A stretch of DNA of 64,000 nt from Nannocystis bainbridge (GTDB lineage: Bacteria > Myxococcota_A > Polyangia > Nannocystales > Nannocystaceae): contig NZ_JAQNDL010000001.1 in NCBI RefSeq assembly GCF_028368995.1, forward strand, positions 288,001-352,000. The letters are read 5' to 3'. The notes under the pieces are model-generated. The model ran no database searches. It had not been told where the DNA came from and saw only the letters and a list, made by a program, of their open reading frames with translations. Of this stretch, positions 45,735 through 54,249 are shown piece after piece; positions within the stretch are counted from its first letter, which is position 1; each line of letters opens with the position of its first letter. The position numbers and the translations under genes are program-made.

Positions 45735-46448
45735 CTACACGTCGGAGACGAGCGCGGCGAAGTCGGCGCCGTGGGGAACATCGTCGTAGAGCTCGACCCC
45801 GCCGTCGGCGCGGAAGCGGGCCGCCACGCCGCGCCACCACCAGTGGGGCAGCGTCTCGAGGTCGACGCCGGCCGAGCGGAGCAGGCTGGCCTGGGCCTCG
45901 ACGGTCTCGAGGCTGGACGGGTGGAACGGCTGGCCGAGGCCGCGCATCTGCAGGCCGAGGCGGCGCGACGAGCGGAGCGGCGTCGCCTCCTCGAGCCACT
46001 CTTGCGCCGACACGAAGGCGCGGCGGGCGATGCCGATGTCGGGGAACTCGAAGATGTGGCCGTGGACCACCAGCTCCTCGCCGAGCAGCACCGCCAGGCG
46101 GGCCGAGTACATCGACAGCAGCTGCTCGTAGACCGCCAGCGAGCTGCCCATGCGCGAGACCGCGTCGGCGCGGACCAGTGCCACCACCTCTTCGGCGCTG
46201 GCGTAGGCGAACGACACGTTGTGCGACTGCAGCAGACCGATGCCCGCGCGCACCGTGAGGCGGGCGAGCTCCGAGTCGAGCGGGTCGTTGGCGCGGGCGC
46301 GCATCTCGAGCAGGCGCGCCACGCCCTCGGGGCGCGGCGCGAACTGCATCACCAGACGGAACCCCGGCATCGGCTCGTGATCGCCGAGTACACGGAAGGC
46401 GGAGAACTTACCCCAGGTGTGATTGCCTTGGACCTCGACGCTCTGCAT
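45735..46448 (-). CDS. Divergent Thg1-like (tRNA-His guanylyltransferase/TLP fold) protein, probably catalytically inactive
   Basis: Motifs collinear with TLPs: PG..V, DPLD (KPFD), FAYASAEE (AYxxSDE), Q, LL..GVD...LPHWWWRG (LL..GIN...P.W.RRG), YDDVP. Confidence 0.65.
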   Translation of the reverse strand: MQSVEVQGNHTWGKFSAFRVLGDHEPMPGFRLVMQFAPRPEGVARLLEMRARANDPLDSELARLTVRAGIGLLQSHNVSFAYASAEEVVALVRADAVSRMGSSLAVYEQLLSMYSARLAVLLGEELVVHGHIFEFPDIGIARRAFVSAQEWLEEATPLRSSRRLGLQMRGLGQPFHPSSLETVEAQASLLRSAGVDLETLPHWWWRGVAARFRADGGVELYDDVPHGADFAALVSDV

Positions 46449-46516
46449 CGGCTATCTCGTCTCGCCCGTCGCCCGCTTCGTGTGTCGCTGCTGTCTCTGG
46501 CCGGCGGATGGCCCGC

Positions 46517-48091
46517 CTACCTCATCGAGAACATCGTGTACGCGACGTAGCCGAGCCCACCGAGCCCGAACAGCACGAGGATCCACGTGATGGCCGCGCT
46601 GCCCTGCTTGGTCTGCTCGGCCATGATGCCGTGCCCGAAGCTGGTGCTCGTCGCGCCCGGATCGACCACCGGGATCGACACCGTCGACATCGCCGGGCTC
46701 TGCTTGGTCGCCATCGAGCGGCCCGCGGACAGCGAGCGGTTGGCCCCCGTCGGCGCGCGGCGCGGGCCGGAGCCGGTGCTCTGGCCGGCGCTCGGCGTCA
46801 GCGTCTTGTGGCGGCTCGACGGCGTCTTGCGATGGTTGCGGCGCGCGCCGGCCACCGCCGCCGCCTCGGACGCCGCGCGCTGGCTGCGGGTCGTCGGCGC
46901 CGAGCCGGTCGGCGGCTTCTGCTGCGCCTGCTGCTGCTGCTGCTGCGCGACCTGCTGCAGCCGCTGCGCCTCGGCGAGCACCGCGTCGAGGTTGCCGATC
47001 GTCATCGACTTCTTGCTGCGCGTGTCGGACTGCGCCGGCTTGGCCCAGTCGGGCGCGTCGTCGCGGTTGTCCTGCTGCGAGTCGAGGCGGTCGAACTGGT
47101 CGAAGTCGAGGGCCTCGTCGGCGAGGTCGTCGTAGAGGTCGTCGTAGTTGACCTCGGCCGGCGCGCCCTCGCCGAACATCTCGGCCATGTAGTTGGAGAG
47201 GATGCGCGGCGTGCTGCGGATGCCCGACTCTTCCGTGAACCGCTCGAGGTCACGGAACATGTGGTCGCAGTTCTGGTAGCGCTCGGCCGGGTCGACCTCG
47301 AGCGCCTTCATGATGATCGCCTCGAGCGCCGGCGGGAACTCGGGGTCGACGAACGTCGGCGCCGGGATGTCGCCCTCGACGATGCGATTGGCGACCTCCT
47401 CGGCGGCGCCGCGGAACAGTCGCCGGCCGAGGCACATCTCGTAGAGCACCACGCCGAGCGCGAAGATGTCGGCGCGGGCGTCGATCGGGTGGCCGAGCAC
47501 CTGCTCCGGGGCCATGTAGGCCAGCTTGCCGGCGAACTGACCCTCGCCGCCCTGCACGCTCGCGCGCGTGGCCGCGATGCCGAAGTCGACGATCTTGCAG
47601 GTGCCGTCGTAGCCGACGTGGATGTTGGTCGGGTTGATGTCGCGGTGACACAGCCCGAGCAGGCGCCCGCGGTCGTCGGCGCGCGAGTGGACGTAATACA
47701 GCCCCTCGAGCCCCTGCATGATGATGCCGAGCGAGATCTCCAGCGGCAGCCGCAGCCCCGTCTTGGCCGACTTGCGCAGGACCGCGACCAGCTCCTGACC
47801 CTTCAGGAGCTCCATGGCGATGAAGTACTCGCCTCCCATCTCGCCGAGGTCGTAGGTGTGCACCACGTTCTGGTGCGTCAGCGTGGCGGCGACCCGGGCC
47901 TCGTCGAGGAACATCCGCACGACGTTCGGCCGTTCGGCGAACTCCTCGCGCAGCCGCTTGATCACCAGCTCCTTGGCGAACCCCTCGATGCCGGAGTACG
48001 TGGCCCGATAGATCTCGGCCATGCCGCCGGTAGCGATGTGCTCGACCAGCACATACTTGTCGCCGAAGGGCGTTGGCTCAATGTTGCTCAA
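46517..48091 (-). CDS. Ser/Thr protein kinase with C-terminal TM anchor
   Basis: IATGGMAEIY, LVIKR, HRDINPTN, DFG, GKLAYMAPEQ; TTG start. Confidence 0.95.
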   Translation of the reverse strand: MSNIEPTPFGDKYVLVEHIATGGMAEIYRATYSGIEGFAKELVIKRLREEFAERPNVVRMFLDEARVAATLTHQNVVHTYDLGEMGGEYFIAMELLKGQELVAVLRKSAKTGLRLPLEISLGIIMQGLEGLYYVHSRADDRGRLLGLCHRDINPTNIHVGYDGTCKIVDFGIAATRASVQGGEGQFAGKLAYMAPEQVLGHPIDARADIFALGVVLYEMCLGRRLFRGAAEEVANRIVEGDIPAPTFVDPEFPPALEAIIMKALEVDPAERYQNCDHMFRDLERFTEESGIRSTPRILSNYMAEMFGEGAPAEVNYDDLYDDLADEALDFDQFDRLDSQQDNRDDAPDWAKPAQSDTRSKKSMTIGNLDAVLAEAQRLQQVAQQQQQQAQQKPPTGSAPTTRSQRAASEAAAVAGARRNHRKTPSSRHKTLTPSAGQSTGSGPRRAPTGANRSLSAGRSMATKQSPAMSTVSIPVVDPGATSTSFGHGIMAEQTKQGSAAITWILVLFGLGGLGYVAYTMFSMR

Positions 48092-48320
48092 GGCGGCCCC
48101 AGATTAACGGATCTGCGATCTGTCGCCAAGCCCCGGCGGCCGCCCGCGCCGTCAGGCCACGGCGTCGCCGATAAAGCCGCGGCCTTGCGGCGAAATCCCG
48201 GCGGCGGCGGCCCGGACCCGGCGGGCCGCGCCGCGGGGGCCCGCGGTTGCGCCCGGGCCGCAACCGGGATCGCGCACGCTCGCGGGTGGGCGGGTGCCCA
48301 CCTGTCGGGGCGGTCCGGCG

Positions 48321-49370
48321 TCAGTCTCGTTCGGGCTTCAAGTCGCGCTGCATCAGCGCCGCCACGGCCCGCCGCACGCTCATGCCCTCGTAGAGGATCG
48401 CGTGCATGATCTGGGTGATCGGCATCTCGACCTGCTCGCGCTGGGCCAGGCGATGGGCGCTGAGCGTGTTGTTGACGCCCTCGGCGACCATCCCCATCTC
48501 GTCGAGGATCTCCTGCAACGCCCGACCCTGCCCGAGCGCCAGCCCGACCCTGCGATTGCGCGACAGACCGCCAGTGCAGGTGAGCACGAGGTCGCCGAGC
48601 CCGGCGAGCCCCGACAGCGTGACGGGGTCGGCGCCGAGGGCGATGCACAGCCGGCCGATCTCCGCCAGCCCGCGCGTGATCAGAGCCGCGCGCGCGTTCT
48701 GTCCCAGGCCCGCGCCGTCGCACACGCCGGCCGCCAGCGCGATCACGTTCTTGAACGCCCCGCCGAGCTCGACCCCGACGACGTCGTCCGTCACGTAGAC
48801 CCGCAGCCCGTCGCCGCTCATCCACTGCTGGATCGCCGCCGCCGCCGCCGCGTCGGCGCTGGCGATCACCACCGCCGTCGGCAGCCCGCGCGCCACCTCG
48901 GCGGCGAAGCTCGGCCCGCCGAGCACCGCCATCCGCTCCGCATGTTCTTTGGGCAATGTCCCCGAGACCACGTCGGCCATGGTCTGCAAGCTGTCGATCT
49001 CGACCCCCTTGGCGGCCACCAGGTAGTACGGCCGCGGCCCCGCCTCGCCCGCCCCCGCCAGCGCCGCGCGCACCTGCTGCAGCGTGGCCCGCAGCCCATG
49101 GCTGGGGATCGCCAGGATCACGAAGCCCGCGCCCGCGAGCGCGCGCCCGAGGTCGTGCTCGACCGCGAGGTTGTCCGGGAACGGGAACTCGGCCAGGTAG
49201 CGGGCGTTGACGCGGGCGGCCGCCATCGCCTCCCAGTGCTCGACGCTGCGGGTCCACAGCCGCACCGACAGCCCGCGGCGAGCGCAGTGGAGGGCCAGCG
49301 CGGTGCCCCAGCTACCGGCGCCGAGCACGGCGACCGTCGGTGACGGGAGGGACCCGGGAGCGTTCGTCAT
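48321..49370 (-). CDS. gpsA: NAD(P)H-dependent glycerol-3-phosphate dehydrogenase
   Basis: GAGSWGTALA, KG.E, GPSFA.EV, GGAFKNVIA, GLGDLVLTC, SRNR. Confidence 0.97.
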   Translation of the reverse strand: MTNAPGSLPSPTVAVLGAGSWGTALALHCARRGLSVRLWTRSVEHWEAMAAARVNARYLAEFPFPDNLAVEHDLGRALAGAGFVILAIPSHGLRATLQQVRAALAGAGEAGPRPYYLVAAKGVEIDSLQTMADVVSGTLPKEHAERMAVLGGPSFAAEVARGLPTAVVIASADAAAAAAIQQWMSGDGLRVYVTDDVVGVELGGAFKNVIALAAGVCDGAGLGQNARAALITRGLAEIGRLCIALGADPVTLSGLAGLGDLVLTCTGGLSRNRRVGLALGQGRALQEILDEMGMVAEGVNNTLSAHRLAQREQVEMPITQIMHAILYEGMSVRRAVAALMQRDLKPERD

Positions 49371-49397
49371 CGCCTCTGGTTTTACACCGCGCCCGCG

Positions 49398-49832
49398 TCA
49401 GCGCGCGACCGTCGGGAACGCCGCCCGCAGCTCCTCGGGCACGCGCGCCAGCGACTGGCCGGCGATCTTGACGAACACCCAGCGGGTCTCGGCGGTCGCC
49501 AGCACCGCCCTGTCGGCCGGGCGCACGATCTCGTAGCGGCGCAGCGAGTGGATCTTCCCCATCTCGGTCACCCACGTGCGGACGACCACGGCGTCGCCGA
49601 GGCGGGCCGGGCGGAGGTACTCGATAGCGTGCGCGCGCACCACCCACGTCGCACCGAGCTCGCGGTAGCGCGCGAACGGCCAGCCCAGCGCGACCGAGTG
49701 GGCCTTCGCGGCCGTCTGCGTCCACGCCAGGTAGTGGAGGTTGTTGACGTGGTCGAGCTCGTCGATCTCGTCCGGCGTGACGCCATGCGGGTGATCGAAC
49801 ACGCCCGGGATCGCCGTGAGGTCGGCCGTCAT
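49398..49832 (-). CDS. Acyl-CoA thioesterase (4HBT/YbgC family)
   Basis: DEIDELDHVNNLHY, WVVRAHAIEYLRPA. Confidence 0.9.
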   Translation of the reverse strand: MTADLTAIPGVFDHPHGVTPDEIDELDHVNNLHYLAWTQTAAKAHSVALGWPFARYRELGATWVVRAHAIEYLRPARLGDAVVVRTWVTEMGKIHSLRRYEIVRPADRAVLATAETRWVFVKIAGQSLARVPEELRAAFPTVAR

Positions 49833-49875
49833 GCGGCGCGAGTAGAGCACGGCCCGCGGCGCGGGCGCGAGCCGC

Positions 49876-50028
49876 TCAGCGCGGCGCGCCTTCGGCTGCG
49901 GGCCGCTGCGGGCTCAGCACCTGCGTCGTCGCGTGGTGCGAGGCGATCCCGCCGGGCACCCGCCGGATCGCGTCGACGTCGAACACCTTCTGCGCCGCCG
50001 GTCGCGGCCCCGCCTGTACCCCACCCAT
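49876..50028 (-). CDS. 50-aa small ORF or gene remnant, not in ORF track
   Basis: ATG 50028 to TGA 49876, mostly G/C-ending codons: MGGVQAGPRPAAQKVFDVDAIRRVPGGIASHHATTQVLSPQRPAAEGAPR. Confidence 0.35.
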   Translation of the reverse strand: MGGVQAGPRPAAQKVFDVDAIRRVPGGIASHHATTQVLSPQRPAAEGAPR

Positions 50029-50134
50029 GGCGCGAAGCTAGCTGCGCGGCGGCTCCGCGCGCAAGGTCGGCTGGTGGAGGCAGAGCGCCCTCGCTCGCGC
50101 CTGCGTGCTAGCGTCGGCCTCGACCTCGCCGCCG

Positions 50135-51112
50135 ATGCTCCCGCCGCTGTACGGCCGCTGGATCTCCGACCTGCTCGGAGGGCCATTACCCGAAGAACAG
50201 GCCGCGACCTGCGGCGACTGCGTGCAGTGTCACAGCCACGTGCCCGAGGGCTACCGGTTCGCCGACGCCACCAAGTGCTGCACCTACGTCCCGGCGCTGC
50301 CCAACTTCCTCGTCGGCGGCGGGCTCAAGGCCGGCTCGCTCGCGGGGCGTGAGCGCCTGCTGCGACGCATGGTCGCGCAGCCGGACAGCATCACCCCGCA
50401 CGGGCTCGACGCCACCGAGGACGAGCGCGGCCGCTACCGCGACATCCTCGCTGCCGAGCAATTCGGCCGCGACCCGTCCCTGTTCTGCCCCTACTACATC
50501 GACGAGGCCGGCGGCCTGTGCGGCGTGTGGCGCAATCGCAACGGCATCTGCGCCACCTGGTACTGCAAGCACGATCGCGGCGCCGCCGGCCAGCGGTTCT
50601 GGCAGGCGCTCGAGGTCCTGCTCACCGCCGTCGAGCGCGAGCTCAGCCACTGGTGCGCCTGCACGATCTTGTTCGAGGAGACCCCGCAGGTCGAAGACGG
50701 CGAGTCGGCGTGGAGCTGGTGGTCGGGCCGCGAGGCCGAGTTCTTCCGCCGCGCCGCCGAGCTGGTCGAGGCCCTCGAATGGTCGCAGGTCGAGGCCCAG
50801 ATCGGCGCCGCGATCGAGACCCAGCTCGGCGAGCTGCTGGCCGCCCACGCCGCGCTCGCCGGCCCGCTGCCTGACTCCCTGCAGCTCGGCACGATCCGCG
50901 TCTCGCACCGCGGCGACGAGCGCAGCCGCGTCGTCACCTACCTCGACACCGACGCCCTCGAGCTGCCGACCGCCCTGCTCGACCTCCTGCCCCGCTTCGA
51001 CGGCCGCCCCACCGGCGCCGTGCTCGCCGAGCTGCGCGCCCTCGGCGTCGAGGTCTCCCCGGCCCTGCTGCGCATGCTGGTCGACTTCGAGCTGCTCACC
51101 GACGCGGCCTGA
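50135..51112 (+). CDS. Cys-cluster protein (YkgJ/CxxCxxCC-like, probable Fe-S or Zn) with C-terminal winged-helix-like domain
   Basis: CGDCVQC, KCCTYVP.LPNF, CPYY, CGVWRNR..ICATWYC. Confidence 0.7.
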   Translation: MLPPLYGRWISDLLGGPLPEEQAATCGDCVQCHSHVPEGYRFADATKCCTYVPALPNFLVGGGLKAGSLAGRERLLRRMVAQPDSITPHGLDATEDERGRYRDILAAEQFGRDPSLFCPYYIDEAGGLCGVWRNRNGICATWYCKHDRGAAGQRFWQALEVLLTAVERELSHWCACTILFEETPQVEDGESAWSWWSGREAEFFRRAAELVEALEWSQVEAQIGAAIETQLGELLAAHAALAGPLPDSLQLGTIRVSHRGDERSRVVTYLDTDALELPTALLDLLPRFDGRPTGAVLAELRALGVEVSPALLRMLVDFELLTDAA

Positions 51113-51118
51113 ACATTC

Positions 51119-51184
51119 GGACATGCGCGATGAGACATGCCTGAAAAGGCATGCACTTTTGGACATACGGTCTGCGGCACCCTC
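51119..51184. repeat. 14-bp-period array (4-5 units)
   Basis: Cores 51122, 51136, 51150, 51164, (51178). Confidence 0.85.
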
Positions 51185-51522
51185 GTGACCTGCGCACGCG
51201 CTCCCCCGAATGATCGCCGTCGCTGACCTTTGCGGCCCACCATCGGACCCGCGCGATCGATCCCTCCCGGCGGCATGAGAGGTTCGGGCCGACCTGGACC
51301 TCGCTCATCGCTGCACGAGGTTTCCCCTCTCTGCCCGCCGCGCCCGCCTGTCGGGACCGCGGCGCATGCGGCGACCGCTCCCCCGGACTGGGCCCCGGCT
51401 CTCGAGCGCCTCTCGTCCCTGGCGCGCATCACCGCCGTCGCCAGGCCAGCATCGAAGACCTTCCGCCGCCACCTCTTCGCGGCGGTGACCGCGACGCGCG
51501 GATCTGTTAGGATGCGCGCGCT

Positions 51523-52167
51523 GTGGCGCTGTCCCTCCGGACATCCTCACCTGTCCTCCTCGCCGGCCTCCTCGCCTGCGGGGACGCTGGCGAGCCCGCG
51601 ACCCCGGTCGTCGCCAGCACCGGCGACGTACCGGCTGACCCCGTGGCCCCGGCCGACCCCCCGCCGGCGCCCGACCCCTTCGCCGCCGAGGGCATCGAGG
51701 CTGCGCGCCCGGGGCTGCGCTTCGGCTGGCCGGTCGAGAGCCCGCACATCACCTCGTACTTCGGCTGGCGCACCAACCCGATGACGGGCGTCGGCACCAA
51801 GCTGCACCGCGGCCTCGACCTGCGCGGCGGGATCGGCGACCTGATCCTCAGCATCGGTCCTGGCGTGGTCCAGTTCGCCGGTCAGGACCTGCTGCTCGGC
51901 AACCTCGTGATCATCGACCACGGCCTCGGCGTCACCTCCTACTACGGGCACATGCACGACATCCTGGTCCACGTCGGCCTGCCCGTCGATCGTGGCACCG
52001 CCCTCGGCCTCGTCGGCAACACTGGCCGCAGCGAGGCCCCGCACCTGCACCTCACCGTCAAGATCGGCGCCCTCGCCGTCGACCCGCTGTGGCTGATCGG
52101 CGCCCCGCTCCACGGCTACCCCGGCCTGCCCGCGCTCGCCGAGGCCGACACCGACGCCGAGTACTAG
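51523..52167 (+). CDS. M23 family metallopeptidase lipoprotein
   Basis: ITSYFGWR, HRGLD, YGHM, GNTGRSEAPHLH; lipobox LLAC. Confidence 0.93.
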   Translation: MALSLRTSSPVLLAGLLACGDAGEPATPVVASTGDVPADPVAPADPPPAPDPFAAEGIEAARPGLRFGWPVESPHITSYFGWRTNPMTGVGTKLHRGLDLRGGIGDLILSIGPGVVQFAGQDLLLGNLVIIDHGLGVTSYYGHMHDILVHVGLPVDRGTALGLVGNTGRSEAPHLHLTVKIGALAVDPLWLIGAPLHGYPGLPALAEADTDAEY

Positions 52168-52173
52168 CTCTCG

Positions 52174-52239
52174 GGACATGCCCTCCGGCGCATGTCCAGA
52201 CGGACATGCACTTATGGACATGTCTTGAGAACCACCTGT
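52174..52239. repeat. 14-bp-period array (4-5 units) between convergent genes
   Basis: Cores 52177, 52191, 52205, 52219, (52233). Confidence 0.9.
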
Positions 52240-52449
52240 GCCCGCTGACCGCGCGGACACGGCGCGCCACACCTCGTCCGAAGGCGCGCCGGAGGTTCGT
52301 TCGCCGAGCTCGCGCATCGGCGCCAGCTCGACGGCCGCGGTTCCACTCCCGGGAAACGGACCAGGGCCGACTCGCCGAACGCCCGCATCAGCGCGAACCC
52401 GGGGGCGCCCTCATTGAACACGCGCCCCGGCGCCAGCCCACGTCGCGCT

Positions 52450-54075
52450 TCACTCGCCGAACACGCGCACCAGCGACATGTTCTCCGGGACATGCGCCTC
52501 GAGCCATGTCCGGACATGCACCCGGCTCGCCCGCCAGAACTCCGCCAGCGTCGTCCCGGCCGCCCCGTCGAGCCGCTGGATCAGCCCCACGAACCCGCGG
52601 ATCGCCGGCGCCAGGGTCGGCACGCGCAGCGGGTCCGAGCCGTGGCGCGGCGCGATCGCCCCGACGTCGAAGTTGCGCGTGCGGGCCAGCGCCGGCGCCA
52701 CCGGGTCGCGCGGCTCGATCAGCAGGTACAGGTCGCCCTGCCCCGGCGCCGCCGCCCGCTCGCGCAGATGCACGCACACGAACCCGAGCCGCTCGGGTCC
52801 GGCCTCCTCGAGCGCCACGCCCGGACCGGCAGCGCGGGCCGTCTGGCGCGCCGTCGCCTCGTCGCGCACCTCGTCCAGCGCCAGGTTCTGCACCAGCCCG
52901 CTCGTCAGCACCACGAACGCCTTCTGCGGCTTCAGCTCGGTGTCGCGGGTCAGCAAGATCCGCTTCGACTCCCAGAAGTAATCGTCGCGGTAGAGGTTCT
53001 GCTGGTAGTAGAAGCGGACCATCCGCAGCAGGTCGCCGAACATCTCGCGGTGGTGCGCCTGATACTTCGCGCGCGCCCCCGCCTCGTCGGCTCCGCCCTG
53101 CAGCAGCGCGATCGCCGTGCGCCCCGCGTGCCACGCCGAGTGCAGCGCCAGCAGCACCCCCGTCGAAAGCACCGGGTCGATGAACCCGGCCGCGTCGCCG
53201 ATCTGGATCCACCCGGGACCTGTCACTTCGGACATGCGGTAGCTCCAGTCGCGCTCGTGGCGGACCGGCGTCGCCCGCGTCGCCGCCGGCCCGAGCACCG
53301 GCGCCAGCTCGCCCGCCGCCGCCAGCAGCGCGTCGAAATCGCGGCGCGGCGCCCCGCGGGCCTCGCCGGCGTCGAGCTGCACCACCCCCACGCTCGCCTT
53401 GCCGCCGCCGATCGGGAAGAACCACCACCACTGATCGGCCTCGGCCAAAAACAGCGCCTGCTCGTGGCGCGGCGGCGGCACCCCGGCGCAGCCCGTGAAG
53501 TGGGCCCACATCGCCTGGTGCTTGAGCCCGCCGATCTCCTCGCGGCGATCCTTCGCCCGCCCGAGCAGCATCGACTGCCCGGTCGCGTCGATCACCAGCC
53601 GCGCCCGCGTCTCGTGCGTCGCGCCGGCCCGCTCCCACGTCACCCCGACCAGCCGCTCGCCCTCCCACACCAGCGAGCGCGCGGCCGCCCGGTCGAGCAC
53701 CACCGCCCCCGCGCGGGTCGCCGCCGCGAACAGGATCGCGTCGAAGCGCGAGCGCTCGACCAGCCACGCGTGTTCGTACGCGTCGCTGTCGTGGAACCAC
53801 AGGTCCCAGCGCGGCGTCTTGCCCCACCCCCACAGCGTGCTGCCGGTCTTGCGCCCGAAGCCCGCCGCCTCGACCTCGGCCAGCGCGTCGATCTCGGCCA
53901 GGATCGGGATGATCCCCGGCAGCAAGCTCTCGCCCACGTGTGCCCGCGGGTGCGTGCCCGCCTCGAGCAGCAGCACGCGCAGCCCCGCCTTCGCCATCAC
54001 CGCCGCCGCCGTGCTGCCCGCCGGCCCGCCGCCGATCACCAGCACGTCGACCGCGTCGAGCTCACCCGCCGTCAC
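52450..54075 (-). CDS. Flavin-dependent halogenase-like oxidoreductase
   Basis: GGGPAGS, HPRAHVGESLLP, GFGRK, WWWFFPI (WxWxIP variant), GDAAGFIDPVLSTG; GTG 54075 preferred because the upstream extension is repeat-derived. Confidence 0.85.
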   Translation of the reverse strand: MTAGELDAVDVLVIGGGPAGSTAAAVMAKAGLRVLLLEAGTHPRAHVGESLLPGIIPILAEIDALAEVEAAGFGRKTGSTLWGWGKTPRWDLWFHDSDAYEHAWLVERSRFDAILFAAATRAGAVVLDRAAARSLVWEGERLVGVTWERAGATHETRARLVIDATGQSMLLGRAKDRREEIGGLKHQAMWAHFTGCAGVPPPRHEQALFLAEADQWWWFFPIGGGKASVGVVQLDAGEARGAPRRDFDALLAAAGELAPVLGPAATRATPVRHERDWSYRMSEVTGPGWIQIGDAAGFIDPVLSTGVLLALHSAWHAGRTAIALLQGGADEAGARAKYQAHHREMFGDLLRMVRFYYQQNLYRDDYFWESKRILLTRDTELKPQKAFVVLTSGLVQNLALDEVRDEATARQTARAAGPGVALEEAGPERLGFVCVHLRERAAAPGQGDLYLLIEPRDPVAPALARTRNFDVGAIAPRHGSDPLRVPTLAPAIRGFVGLIQRLDGAAGTTLAEFWRASRVHVRTWLEAHVPENMSLVRVFGE

Positions 54076-54099
54076 GCGCACCTCGCCGGGACATCGCCA

Positions 54100-54224
54100 T
54101 GACATGTGCATCGGGACATGTCCTCTCCGACATGTCATCGCCCGTGCGCAGACCCATCGGGCGTGTCCACCCTCGGATGTCCGCCAGGACATGCCCTTCG
54201 GAACATGTCCTCTCCGACATCCCG
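54100..54224. repeat. 14-bp-period arrays (3+5 units)
   Basis: Cores 54103, 54117, 54131 and 54162, 54176, 54190, 54204, 54218. Confidence 0.9.
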
Positions 54225-54249
54225 TCGGCCGGCCCCGACACCTTCGCGC

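Noticed and set aside
45654-46448. Thg1-like protein as the enzyme synthesising the adjacent array
   Set aside because: Arrays follow many unrelated genes and this protein appears to lack catalytic carboxylates; adjacency is uninformative
46918-46960. CTG/CAG trinucleotide run
   Set aside because: Ordinary poly-Gln linker in the kinase
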